A program made the position numbers and the translations under genes. Below, piece after piece: positions 9,301 through 17,020 of a stretch of DNA of 64,000 nucleotides. The stretch covers positions 32,001 through 96,000 of the forward strand of contig JBEKHC010000002.1 in assembly GCA_050012475.1 (NCBI GenBank), in the 5' to 3' direction. The notes beneath the pieces are model-generated. The model was not told the DNA's origin, made no database searches, and saw only the letters and a list, made by a program, of their open reading frames with translations. The stretch is from Candidatus Velthaea sp. (GTDB taxonomy: Bacteria > Vulcanimicrobiota > Vulcanimicrobiia > Vulcanimicrobiales > Vulcanimicrobiaceae). How positions within the stretch are numbered: the first letter of the stretch is position 1; each line of letters starts with the position of its first letter.

Positions 9301-12300
9301 TGCCGGCCGATGCGTTGCGGCGGCGAATAAGCGCGGCGGCTTTGGCGGCCGGGCTGCTGACGATCCTCATCGCGGGCATGACGATCGCGCCGGTGCGCGC
9401 TGAGAGCGGCGCCCAGCTGACCGTTCGCGTGATCGATCAGACATCGAAGCGGGGCCTTGCGCTGGCCCGCGTGATCCTCACGGGGCCCGTGCAGCGGCTC
9501 GGTTTCACCGATGACAACGGGTCGATCGCTTTTACCGATTTGCGCTCGGGCGTGTATCGGCTCGTTGCCGCCGCTGCCGGCTACCAATCCCAGACGTCGA
9601 GCATCACCGTCGCGCCGGATGCCGCTGTTAGCGCGGTCGCCGGACTCGCTGCGGCGGGCGCGCTCAAGACGATCGGCCGAGTCAGCGTACGTGAGAAGCG
9701 AAGCCTCGAAGTCGCCGACTTTGGTTCCGACGGCGCGATTCGGCGCACGCACGACTCGCTCGACGATGCGCTGCGGTTCGACCCGGCAGCGAGCGTCGGA
9801 CCGAACGGCGCGCTCGCGATCGCCGGCCAGCCAACGACCTCGGCCGGCGTGACGCTCGACGGGATACCGCTGGCGCAATCCGGTCTCGACCTGCGGCGGC
9901 TGGGCGCAGACCTCTTTTCTTCGCTGAGCGTGACACCGGGACCGGCAAACGGTGCGATCGCGGGCAACGTCGACTTGCGTCCGTTCGATCCGACGCTGCT
10001 GTTCCGCTCGGCGCTCACCACGCAATACGCAAGCGACGGCAGCAATCGATTCGCGACCGTTCTGAGCGGGACCAGCGGCAACGTCGGATACGCGCTCAGC
10101 GCGGCCCGTTCGCTGACGAGCGGACCACTCGACGGTCAGCGTTTTTTCGATGCCAGCGGCAGCGATTTCGTTCACGCGGATCGGACCTGGTCCGACGGCA
10201 TGCTGGCCAAGCTGCGGCTCGGGCTCACACCGTCTTCGAACCTCATGTTCACCGCGCTGCACACGACGACGCGGGCCACCGAAAGCTGCGCGCTCTTGAA
10301 TGACACGCTGCCATGCACGTACGGACCGGGCGCATCGCAGACCAGCAGCTTGGATGTTGCCGGCCTGACGTTCACGGGAGTCTACGGCAAGCTTTCGCTG
10401 ACGGCGACGCCCTACGTGAATCGCCGGCGCGAAGATCTCGCGTACCCGAACCAGATCGAGGCTGGTCTTGCGGCGCCGCAGAGCGGCTCGGTTGAAGCGT
10501 CGGCGGCCGGTGCCCGCTTTGCCGCCGACTTGGTCGGATCGAATGCCGTCGACTATCATCTCAGCGGGCTCGTCTCGCGATCGTCGCTGGTTTCGCAAGC
10601 CGTCGCGGTCGACTCAAATCTCGATTGGCAAGCCGATCACACCTACGACGATATCGCCGTCGGCGCCAGCGCGAAGCTGCGCCCGGGGCTGACCATCGCA
10701 CCGAATCTGCGCTTCACCCAAACCGACGCGACGCCGCACCTCGGGGCCGATGTCACCGTCCATTGGAAGCCGGCGCGCGACGATGCGGTCAATCTGGCGT
10801 ACGTGCCGCGCGCCTACGGTCTCGCAAATACGATTCCGCAGGCATTTTCTGCTCCGTCGGCGCTCGACTTCGACTGCGCCGACCACACGGCGATCGCACA
10901 CGCGGCGGGCGTATCGGCGGACGAGCCCGCGACGAGCGTGCTGCGCGTCAACTGGACGCACGAGCACCGGGCGACGAAAACGGTCGTTTCGGCCTTTCGC
11001 ACCAAACAAGTCAACGCGGTCGTCCCGACCTTCGTGAACCTCACGGGGCTCGCGACGAACCTCATTCCAGCCGGTTTTCTGGGCGCAGCGAACGCTGCGT
11101 TCACGTCGCCGTTCGCTTGTCCGGGCGCACCGCCGCTCTCCGCGTCCGACATTGCGGTGGCCGAGCCGGCAGTGCTCCCGGCGCAGACCACGCTGGGCGC
11201 TTCGATCGGCGAAGCCTTTCAACTCAATTCGTCGCTCGTCGTGATCCCAAGCTACAGCGCGACATACGCGCGCGCCGATCAAGTCGGCCCGCAATTCGCT
11301 GTGCCGCGGTCGGTGGTGACGGCCGGGCAGCAATTGCCCGGCGTGCCGATGCATCAGTGGTCGCTGCTCGCCGACTACAAGCGTCCCGGAAGCCGCCTGG
11401 AAGCCATTGCGTCGGTGACGCACACCGCGGCCAACAACGCGTATTTTCTCCCCGCCTACACGCTGATCGGAGCCGGCCTGAGCCTGCCGCTCGGCGCGGC
11501 CGATCTCCTGATCAGCGGTACGAATCTCACCAACGCGTTCGGCGGCGCATTTGCTTCGCCGGCGCTGGGTGTGCCGCTGGCCGTCAATCGCGGTGCGCCG
11601 CTGGCGGTGCCGGGATATCCGCTGCCGGGCCGGCGGATTGCGGTGGCCGTCCGTTTCGCCGTTGGAAGTTCCGCGCTGCGCGCCGGCGAGACCATCGCAC
11701 CGCTCACGACGCCGGCGGACGACGGCACGGTTCGGCGCTTCGATCTGTATTCGCTCCCCCAAACGCAGCCCAGCACGCCGGGCGTCGACGTCGACCCGGC
11801 CGCCCCGTCGTGCGTTCCCGAATCGCTTCGCGATGCACGCCGCATTTTGCATGCGATCGGCGCGTATACGGCGCGGCTCGCTGTCGCGGACCGGCGTGCC
11901 GCCGGGCCGTTCCCGCACATCGACGGCGTGACGATGACGCGTCACGATCTCGGCGATAGTTACGAACTGCGCTTCACCATGGACCCCCGCGCCACGCTGG
12001 CAGTGGCGCGCTGCGGCGCATTCACGTACGCCAACCGCGACCAAGCAACGCAAGTGGGATTGGAAGACCGTTTCGATCTCGCAAGTTGGCAACTCGATTT
12101 TCGCTACGCCCGGCAATTCGGATTGTTTCTCGTCGAGCGGCCCGAGAGCGTCGTTGCCCACGCGGTCCGCTCGGCGCTGCCCGCCGCGCCGCCGTCCGAT
12201 CCGTTCGCGACCGTCACCGGGGCGCAATGCCGGCCGGACCAAACGCCGGTCGCACGTGCGCTGCTGACGCGGCTGCGCGCCGGAATCGAGAGCACCCAAG

Positions 12301-12539
12301 CTTCCGACCCGGCTTTCACCATCGCGCGGCACGCGGCCGGCGCCGAGTCCTGGTACTCGGTGGAACTGCACGATCCACTGCTCGTGCAGCCGCTGCTGAA
12401 TTGCGCTGCGGTGGCATCGGCGTCGCGCGACGAACTGCGCCGCCGCGGCATCGACGGTGCAGCCTTGCCCGCCGTCAACTATGCGCAGCGCGTCGGCTGG
12501 TACGTCGTAGCGCATCCTACCGCAGGAGAAGGACAATGA
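9297..12539 (+). CDS. TonB-dependent-receptor-like outer-membrane protein with carboxypeptidase-regulatory-like N-domain and duplicated C-terminal extension
   Basis: Signal peptide; FTDDNGSIAFTDLRSGVYRLVAAAAGY (CarboxypepD_reg-like); LKTIGRV; plug-like VTLDGIPL...AIAGNVDL; amphipathic beta-strands ending PGRRIAVAVRF; GTGA overlap with the upstream gene. Confidence 0.75.
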   Translation: MMPADALRRRISAAALAAGLLTILIAGMTIAPVRAESGAQLTVRVIDQTSKRGLALARVILTGPVQRLGFTDDNGSIAFTDLRSGVYRLVAAAAGYQSQTSSITVAPDAAVSAVAGLAAAGALKTIGRVSVREKRSLEVADFGSDGAIRRTHDSLDDALRFDPAASVGPNGALAIAGQPTTSAGVTLDGIPLAQSGLDLRRLGADLFSSLSVTPGPANGAIAGNVDLRPFDPTLLFRSALTTQYASDGSNRFATVLSGTSGNVGYALSAARSLTSGPLDGQRFFDASGSDFVHADRTWSDGMLAKLRLGLTPSSNLMFTALHTTTRATESCALLNDTLPCTYGPGASQTSSLDVAGLTFTGVYGKLSLTATPYVNRRREDLAYPNQIEAGLAAPQSGSVEASAAGARFAADLVGSNAVDYHLSGLVSRSSLVSQAVAVDSNLDWQADHTYDDIAVGASAKLRPGLTIAPNLRFTQTDATPHLGADVTVHWKPARDDAVNLAYVPRAYGLANTIPQAFSAPSALDFDCADHTAIAHAAGVSADEPATSVLRVNWTHEHRATKTVVSAFRTKQVNAVVPTFVNLTGLATNLIPAGFLGAANAAFTSPFACPGAPPLSASDIAVAEPAVLPAQTTLGASIGEAFQLNSSLVVIPSYSATYARADQVGPQFAVPRSVVTAGQQLPGVPMHQWSLLADYKRPGSRLEAIASVTHTAANNAYFLPAYTLIGAGLSLPLGAADLLISGTNLTNAFGGAFASPALGVPLAVNRGAPLAVPGYPLPGRRIAVAVRFAVGSSALRAGETIAPLTTPADDGTVRRFDLYSLPQTQPSTPGVDVDPAAPSCVPESLRDARRILHAIGAYTARLAVADRRAAGPFPHIDGVTMTRHDLGDSYELRFTMDPRATLAVARCGAFTYANRDQATQVGLEDRFDLASWQLDFRYARQFGLFLVERPESVVAHAVRSALPAAPPSDPFATVTGAQCRPDQTPVARALLTRLRAGIESTQASDPAFTIARHAAGAESWYSVELHDPLLVQPLLNCAAVASASRDELRRRGIDGAALPAVNYAQRVGWYVVAHPTAGEGQ

Positions 12540-12967
12540 CGACCGACGCGTCCGCGGTGCTGATTTTCGATGCCGACTGTGGTTTGTGCGCGCGCTTCGT
12601 TGGCGGTGATCTCGTGCGCGCCGCGCGCATTCGCGCGGCCGGCTATCAGTCGATTGCGCGCGACCCTGCCGTCGTGCGCACGTTGCACGAGCACGGCCTC
12701 GACGTCGAACGCTGCGCCACCGCGATGGTGCTCGTCGCCAACGGCCGGGTGTGGGTCGGCGCGCGTGCGTTCAACGCACTTCTCGCCCGGGCCGGCGGGT
12801 GGCGTGCGTTGGCTGCCAGGCTGCTCGGGTGCCCGCTCCTGTTTCCCTTCGAGCTGTTCGCTTACCGGATCATCGCGGCCAATCGGCGCCGGATTTCAGG
12901 TTGGATCGGCGCACCGGTTTGTCTGCGCTCATGTCACGCACCGTTCGACACCCAAGGAGAGTCATAG
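12536..12967 (+). CDS. DCC-family (DUF393) thiol-disulfide oxidoreductase
   Basis: True start is the ATG at 12536 (ATGA overlap, RBS GGAGAAGGA): MTTDASAVLIFDADCGLCARFV (DxxCxxC)...AYRIIAANRRRIS. Confidence 0.85.
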   Translation: MTTDASAVLIFDADCGLCARFVGGDLVRAARIRAAGYQSIARDPAVVRTLHEHGLDVERCATAMVLVANGRVWVGARAFNALLARAGGWRALAARLLGCPLLFPFELFAYRIIAANRRRISGWIGAPVCLRSCHAPFDTQGES

Positions 12968-12968
12968 C

Positions 12969-13379
12969 ATGTTCGCAATCGCCCTATCCGTTCTACTCGC
13001 CGCGCTCGAGCCGCAGGCCGTCACCCCGCAAACCGGACCAAGCCCGTCCGCGGCGGTGTCGCCGCCGGTCGACGATCCCCAGATTGCCGCGCGGGTGAAA
13101 GCGGAGTTCGTCGCGTGGCAGCAAGGCGCCATCGATCGGTCGTTGTATTCGCCGGCGTTCGGCGACCCCACCGACATGGTCGAGGCGATGAGCGCTCAGC
13201 TCAAGGGGCTCGGCCCGCTGCTTTCCACGACGGCTCGCTCGAGTTTGCGTCGGCAGGGCAGCACCATCTACGTCTACTCGCTGCGGTGCCGGAACGGAAA
13301 CGTCAAGATGCAGCTGGGGCTCGATGCGCGTGGAAAAATATCGGCAATTTCGTTCGAGCCTGAGGCCCCGCCGGCATAG
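12969..13379 (+). CDS. Small secreted protein (DUF3887-like alpha/beta domain)
   Basis: ATG at 12969 with AAGGAG RBS; signal-like N-terminus, Pro/Ser linker, then WQQGAIDRSLYS...LKGLGPL...YVYSLRC...GLDARGKISAISF. Confidence 0.65.
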   Translation: MFAIALSVLLAALEPQAVTPQTGPSPSAAVSPPVDDPQIAARVKAEFVAWQQGAIDRSLYSPAFGDPTDMVEAMSAQLKGLGPLLSTTARSSLRRQGSTIYVYSLRCRNGNVKMQLGLDARGKISAISFEPEAPPA

Positions 13380-13384
13380 CAGCA

Positions 13385-13533
13385 GGGTTCAGCGCTTCGC
13401 GACGAGCCGCGCGTGGCGTTTGCGGCTCCGCCGCGAGCCGCGGTGGCGTTCGGCGCTGCAGGCCGACCGCGCGTGGCGTTTGCGGCTTCGCCGCAAGCCG
13501 CCGCCTTCGCGTTTGGGCTTCGCCCAAGCCCCA
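13385..13533. repeat. Array of about five ~30-bp hairpin units (BIME/REP-like) between convergent genes
   Basis: CCGCGCGTGGCGTTTGCGGCT(C/T)CGCCGC(G/A)AGCCG at 13407-13440 and 13467-13500, plus related GCGTT-stem-CTTCG-stem-AGCC units. Confidence 0.65.
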
Positions 13534-13542
13534 AGTCGCCGT

Positions 13543-15027
13543 TCAGGAACGCCGTTCGGGGCGCGCGTGGCGGAAGCCGTACAAGAAGTAAATCGCCAGG
13601 CCGATGATGAGCCAAACCACGAAACGCCACCAGGTGAATTGACCGAGGCCGACCGTGGAGAGAAAGAGCGAAAGCGCGATGCCGCACAGCGGAAAGAGCG
13701 GAACGAACGGTGAGCGGAACGGGCGCTCGAGTTCCGGCCGGCGGTAGCGGAGAAAAATTACGCCGGCACACACGATGATGAACGCGCTGAAGGTTCCGAT
13801 GTTGACCAGCTCGAGCAATGCGTCGAGCGGGACGATCAAGGTCAGCAGCGCGACGACGATGCCGGTGAGCATCGTCATGCGAACCGGTGTTTTGAAACGC
13901 GGATTGACGGCGGCGACGAACGGCGGGAGCATCCCGTCGCGCGCCATGACGTAGAAGATACGCGTCTGGCCGAGCAGCGAGGTCAAAGCGACGCTCGTCG
14001 TCCCGGTCAACACGCCGATCGTGATGATCCACGTGATGAGCGGATTGTGCAGCGGGGCCAGCGCCGCGACGAGCGCATTGTTTTGATCGACCTTCTGCCA
14101 GGGGACGATGGCGACGAGCACGATCGCTACCGTGCAGTAGATCAGCGTTCCGATGACGAGCGAGCCGAGCACGCCCACCGGGACGTCGCGGCTGGGATTG
14201 CCGCATTCCTCGGCGGTCGTCGTTGCCGCGTCGAAACCGATGTACGTGAAGAACACCAGCGCCGCCGCCGGAACGATGCCGTTCCCGCTCGCGCCGAAAG
14301 CGATCCGGCCCCAACCCAGCGGCGAGAACGGGTGCAGGTAGCTGGGATGAATGAGGCTCAGCCCGGCGATCACGAACACGGCGAGCGCGCCGATCTTGAG
14401 AATGACGAGCGCGTTGTTCGAGGTCGCGGTCTCACGGATGCCCAGCGAGAGTAGAACGGACAGGAGGAGCACGAACGCGCCGCCGATGAGATCGTACTGC
14501 GAATGCGCGAGGTCCCATTGCCCCACCGCCCACCAGGGACCGTGGGACACGAACTGCGCCTGCTGCAGCGCTTTGGGCAGCACGAACCCGAACGAACTCA
14601 ACGCGCTCTGAAGCGAGCCCGAAAACTGCTGCGCGACCGGCGCGGCGCTGATGCCGTATTCGAGGATCAAATCCCAGCCGATGATCCACGCGACGACTTG
14701 TCCGAGTGTCGCATAGGCATACGTATACGCGCTGCCGGCGATCGGGACCATCGAGCCCAGTTCCGCGTAGCACAGTGCGGCGAACATCGAAGCCAGCCCG
14801 GCCAGGAGAAACGAGATGATGATCGCCGGACCCGCTTTCGCCACGCCGGGGCCGATCGTGGTGAAGATTCCGCCGCCGATCATCGTGCCGAGGCCGATTG
14901 CGATCAGGTCGCGGCCGTTCAGCGCCCGGCGCAGCTGCATGCGCTGGCCGTCTTCGCGCAGCTGCTCGATCGACGCGGTTGCAAACAGTCGAGCTGCGAG
15001 ACTTGCCGGACGTGGCGTGATGGCCAT
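13543..15027 (-). CDS. Amino acid permease (APC superfamily, cationic amino acid transporter-like)
   Basis: GLGTMIGGGIF, YAELGSMVPIAGSAYTY, FFTYIGFD, RIFYVMARDGMLP; likely start MAITPRP at 15027. Confidence 0.92.
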   Translation of the reverse strand: MAITPRPASLAARLFATASIEQLREDGQRMQLRRALNGRDLIAIGLGTMIGGGIFTTIGPGVAKAGPAIIISFLLAGLASMFAALCYAELGSMVPIAGSAYTYAYATLGQVVAWIIGWDLILEYGISAAPVAQQFSGSLQSALSSFGFVLPKALQQAQFVSHGPWWAVGQWDLAHSQYDLIGGAFVLLLSVLLSLGIRETATSNNALVILKIGALAVFVIAGLSLIHPSYLHPFSPLGWGRIAFGASGNGIVPAAALVFFTYIGFDAATTTAEECGNPSRDVPVGVLGSLVIGTLIYCTVAIVLVAIVPWQKVDQNNALVAALAPLHNPLITWIITIGVLTGTTSVALTSLLGQTRIFYVMARDGMLPPFVAAVNPRFKTPVRMTMLTGIVVALLTLIVPLDALLELVNIGTFSAFIIVCAGVIFLRYRRPELERPFRSPFVPLFPLCGIALSLFLSTVGLGQFTWWRFVVWLIIGLAIYFLYGFRHARPERRS

Positions 15028-15398
15028 GGATTGGCGATGTTTGCCCGTTCGCGGCGCTGGTCCTAGTGGGCTGCGCTGAAGCCGAGGGCATGGGCGAATG
15101 CTCGCTTCGGCCCGCAATCGTGGCCCGAGCGTCCGGTGCATGCGCGCGGCTGAAGCATGAAACGTGCATCGGAACGGGGTTCATTCGCCAACAACGTTTT
15201 CGTCGCGCGCGGCTTAGCCGCGATCTGCCGTGGCTGCGGTCTTTTGGGAAACGGCGTGCGCCGTTCGGTATTGCCGATGGCGGCGCCGGCCGTTGGTAGC
15301 CGATTGTAGCTTCGGCTACGTTCGCGCGCGGCGAGTTGCCGCCACGGCGTCGGTGTGTTACGGTTACGGCGAATTACACTCTCGTTGAGGAAGGAACT

Positions 15399-16115
15399 AT
15401 GCGCCTTTCACCAACTGCGATCATCGTCGCATTTGCCGCCGTCGTGCTTTCGAGCGGCGTTTCGTCCGCCGCGACGGTGACCATCGACGGCGCGCCCGTA
15501 ACCGGGACGATCCTCCACGAAGGCCACCTGATGGTCCCGTTTCGCGCGCCGATGCAGCAGATCGGTGCGACCGTCGTTTGGACGGATAAAGTTAAAACCG
15601 GCGTGGCGAGCGCGCAGGGACACGAACTCATCCGCACGGCAATCGGCTCGAAGACCGTCGTCATCAAAGGCGCGCCGAAAGTCATCACCGTGGCGCCCGC
15701 ACTCATCGAGCCGCAGCATCTCGAGTACATTCCGGTCGAAATTTTGCCGCAGATCTCGCGCGCGAAACTGACGTTCTCGCCGGACCGCAAATCGGCCGTC
15801 ATCACCAACTTCGATCTCGGTGGCGTGGCAGCGGCAGCAGCAGCTGCAGCCGCCGTTGTCGCTGCGGCCGCACCGGCTCCCACCGCGGCGGCGACAGCAG
15901 CACCGGCTCCCGTCGCCGCGGCTCCCGTCGTTGCGGCACCGGTTGGCGAACCCGTCGTGACGGACGCTTCGGGCTTCCCCAGTGTCGATCCGGACGGCAA
16001 GATCTTGCTGGTCTGGGTCTGGCTGCTGCCGATCAGCGCAGCGGTCGCGGGGTTCGCGTACTTTGCCGTCATCGGACAAGTCGAACGCAAGGGCCGTCGT
16101 AACCGCACCTTCTAA
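15399..16115 (+). CDS. Copper amine oxidase N-terminal (stalk) domain protein with Ala/Pro linker and C-terminal TM anchor
   Basis: RBS GAGGAAGGA; signal peptide; GHLMVPFRAPMQQIGATVVW; poly-Ala/Pro linker; TM helix followed by a basic tail (RKGRRNRTF). Confidence 0.75.
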   Translation: MRLSPTAIIVAFAAVVLSSGVSSAATVTIDGAPVTGTILHEGHLMVPFRAPMQQIGATVVWTDKVKTGVASAQGHELIRTAIGSKTVVIKGAPKVITVAPALIEPQHLEYIPVEILPQISRAKLTFSPDRKSAVITNFDLGGVAAAAAAAAAVVAAAAPAPTAAATAAPAPVAAAPVVAAPVGEPVVTDASGFPSVDPDGKILLVWVWLLPISAAVAGFAYFAVIGQVERKGRRNRTF

Positions 16116-16164
16116 TCGCGGCGCGATCGTTATCCCCGAATTCTTATCCCCAAAAGTGAGAAGT

Positions 16165-16196
16165 GCGGCCTAATTCATCGGGGCCGCTCTTCTTTT
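16165..16196 (+). terminator. Probable intrinsic terminator
   Basis: GCGGCC...GGCCGC stem followed by TCTTCTTTT. Confidence 0.5.
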
Positions 16197-16279
16197 GTGC
16201 TTCGATTGAAGAGGTATTGGCGAACGAGCCGTTCGTAGTAGCCGTCATACATCGTTCGTTCGCTCTCATGAGGTATTTT

Positions 16280-16711
16280 GTGAAACAGTTTTTTGCGACG
16301 CTGCTGTGCGGCGCGCTTTTCCTGTGCGGCCCGGCCGCGACGCTCGCGCAAACCGCTGCGACCGCGGCCGCTCCCGCCGTGACGTCGTGCCCCACCGGTT
16401 CGAAACTCGTCGAAGGTTACACCAAAAAGAACGGCACGGTCGTTGCCGCGCACTGCAAGAAATCGCACGGAAAGAAATCGAGTGCGATGGGCGCAGCAAC
16501 GTCCGGGACGGCTGCGGGTACCACGTCCGCCGGCACCGCTCCCGCAGTTGCGGCACCTGCCGTTGCTGCTCCGGCCGCGTCGGCGGCCGCTCCCGATCCC
16601 GCTGCGACGACCTGTCCCGCCGGCAAAACGTACGTGCACTCGTACACCACGAAAAAAGGCAAGACGGTCGCGGGCTACTGCCGCAAAGCGCATAAGAAGG
16701 CCAGCAGCTGA
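16280..16711 (+). CDS. Secreted basic protein with two Cys-bracketed YTxKxGxxV motifs
   Basis: GTG start after GAGGT; signal peptide; CPTGSKLVEGYTKKNGTVVAAHC and CPAGKTYVHSYTTKKGKTVAGYC separated by an Ala/Thr/Pro linker. Confidence 0.7.
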   Translation: MKQFFATLLCGALFLCGPAATLAQTAATAAAPAVTSCPTGSKLVEGYTKKNGTVVAAHCKKSHGKKSSAMGAATSGTAAGTTSAGTAPAVAAPAVAAPAASAAAPDPAATTCPAGKTYVHSYTTKKGKTVAGYCRKAHKKASS

Positions 16712-17020
16712 CCGACGGATCCGCGACGTGCGCCCGCTCGACGCCGGCTGAGCTCCGCGAGCACGGCGTGACGTGCCCGCGGCCGCTTCGGCCCGGCACG
16801 ACGCCTCGGCCGGCGGGGCTTCGGCCGCTGCCCGGGTCACAGAACACCAGGGGCGCTTCGGAGCCGCAGCGTGTTTCCTCCGCTGCCTTGTCGAAGACGC
16901 CCGCCGCGAGGGAATGGTGTTCCTTTCGCAGGTGAGGGACACGATGAGCAGAGAGCTGCGGGGCGTCTTCGCGCATCCGGGAACACCCGCCGCCTCGCGA
17001 CGACCGTGCCTTCGTGCGTG

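Noticed and set aside
8961..12536. Long minus-strand ORFs (545 aa, 640 aa) opposite the receptor gene
   Set aside because: Arg/Gly-rich antisense shadows typical of high-GC DNA, with no motifs.
13385..13533. Possible CRISPR array
   Set aside because: Units are contiguous hairpins without unique spacers, and no cas genes lie in the window.
15030..15398. Possible riboswitch upstream of the amino acid permease
   Set aside because: GC-rich stems are present, but no lysine, glycine, T-box or c-di-AMP consensus was recognisable.
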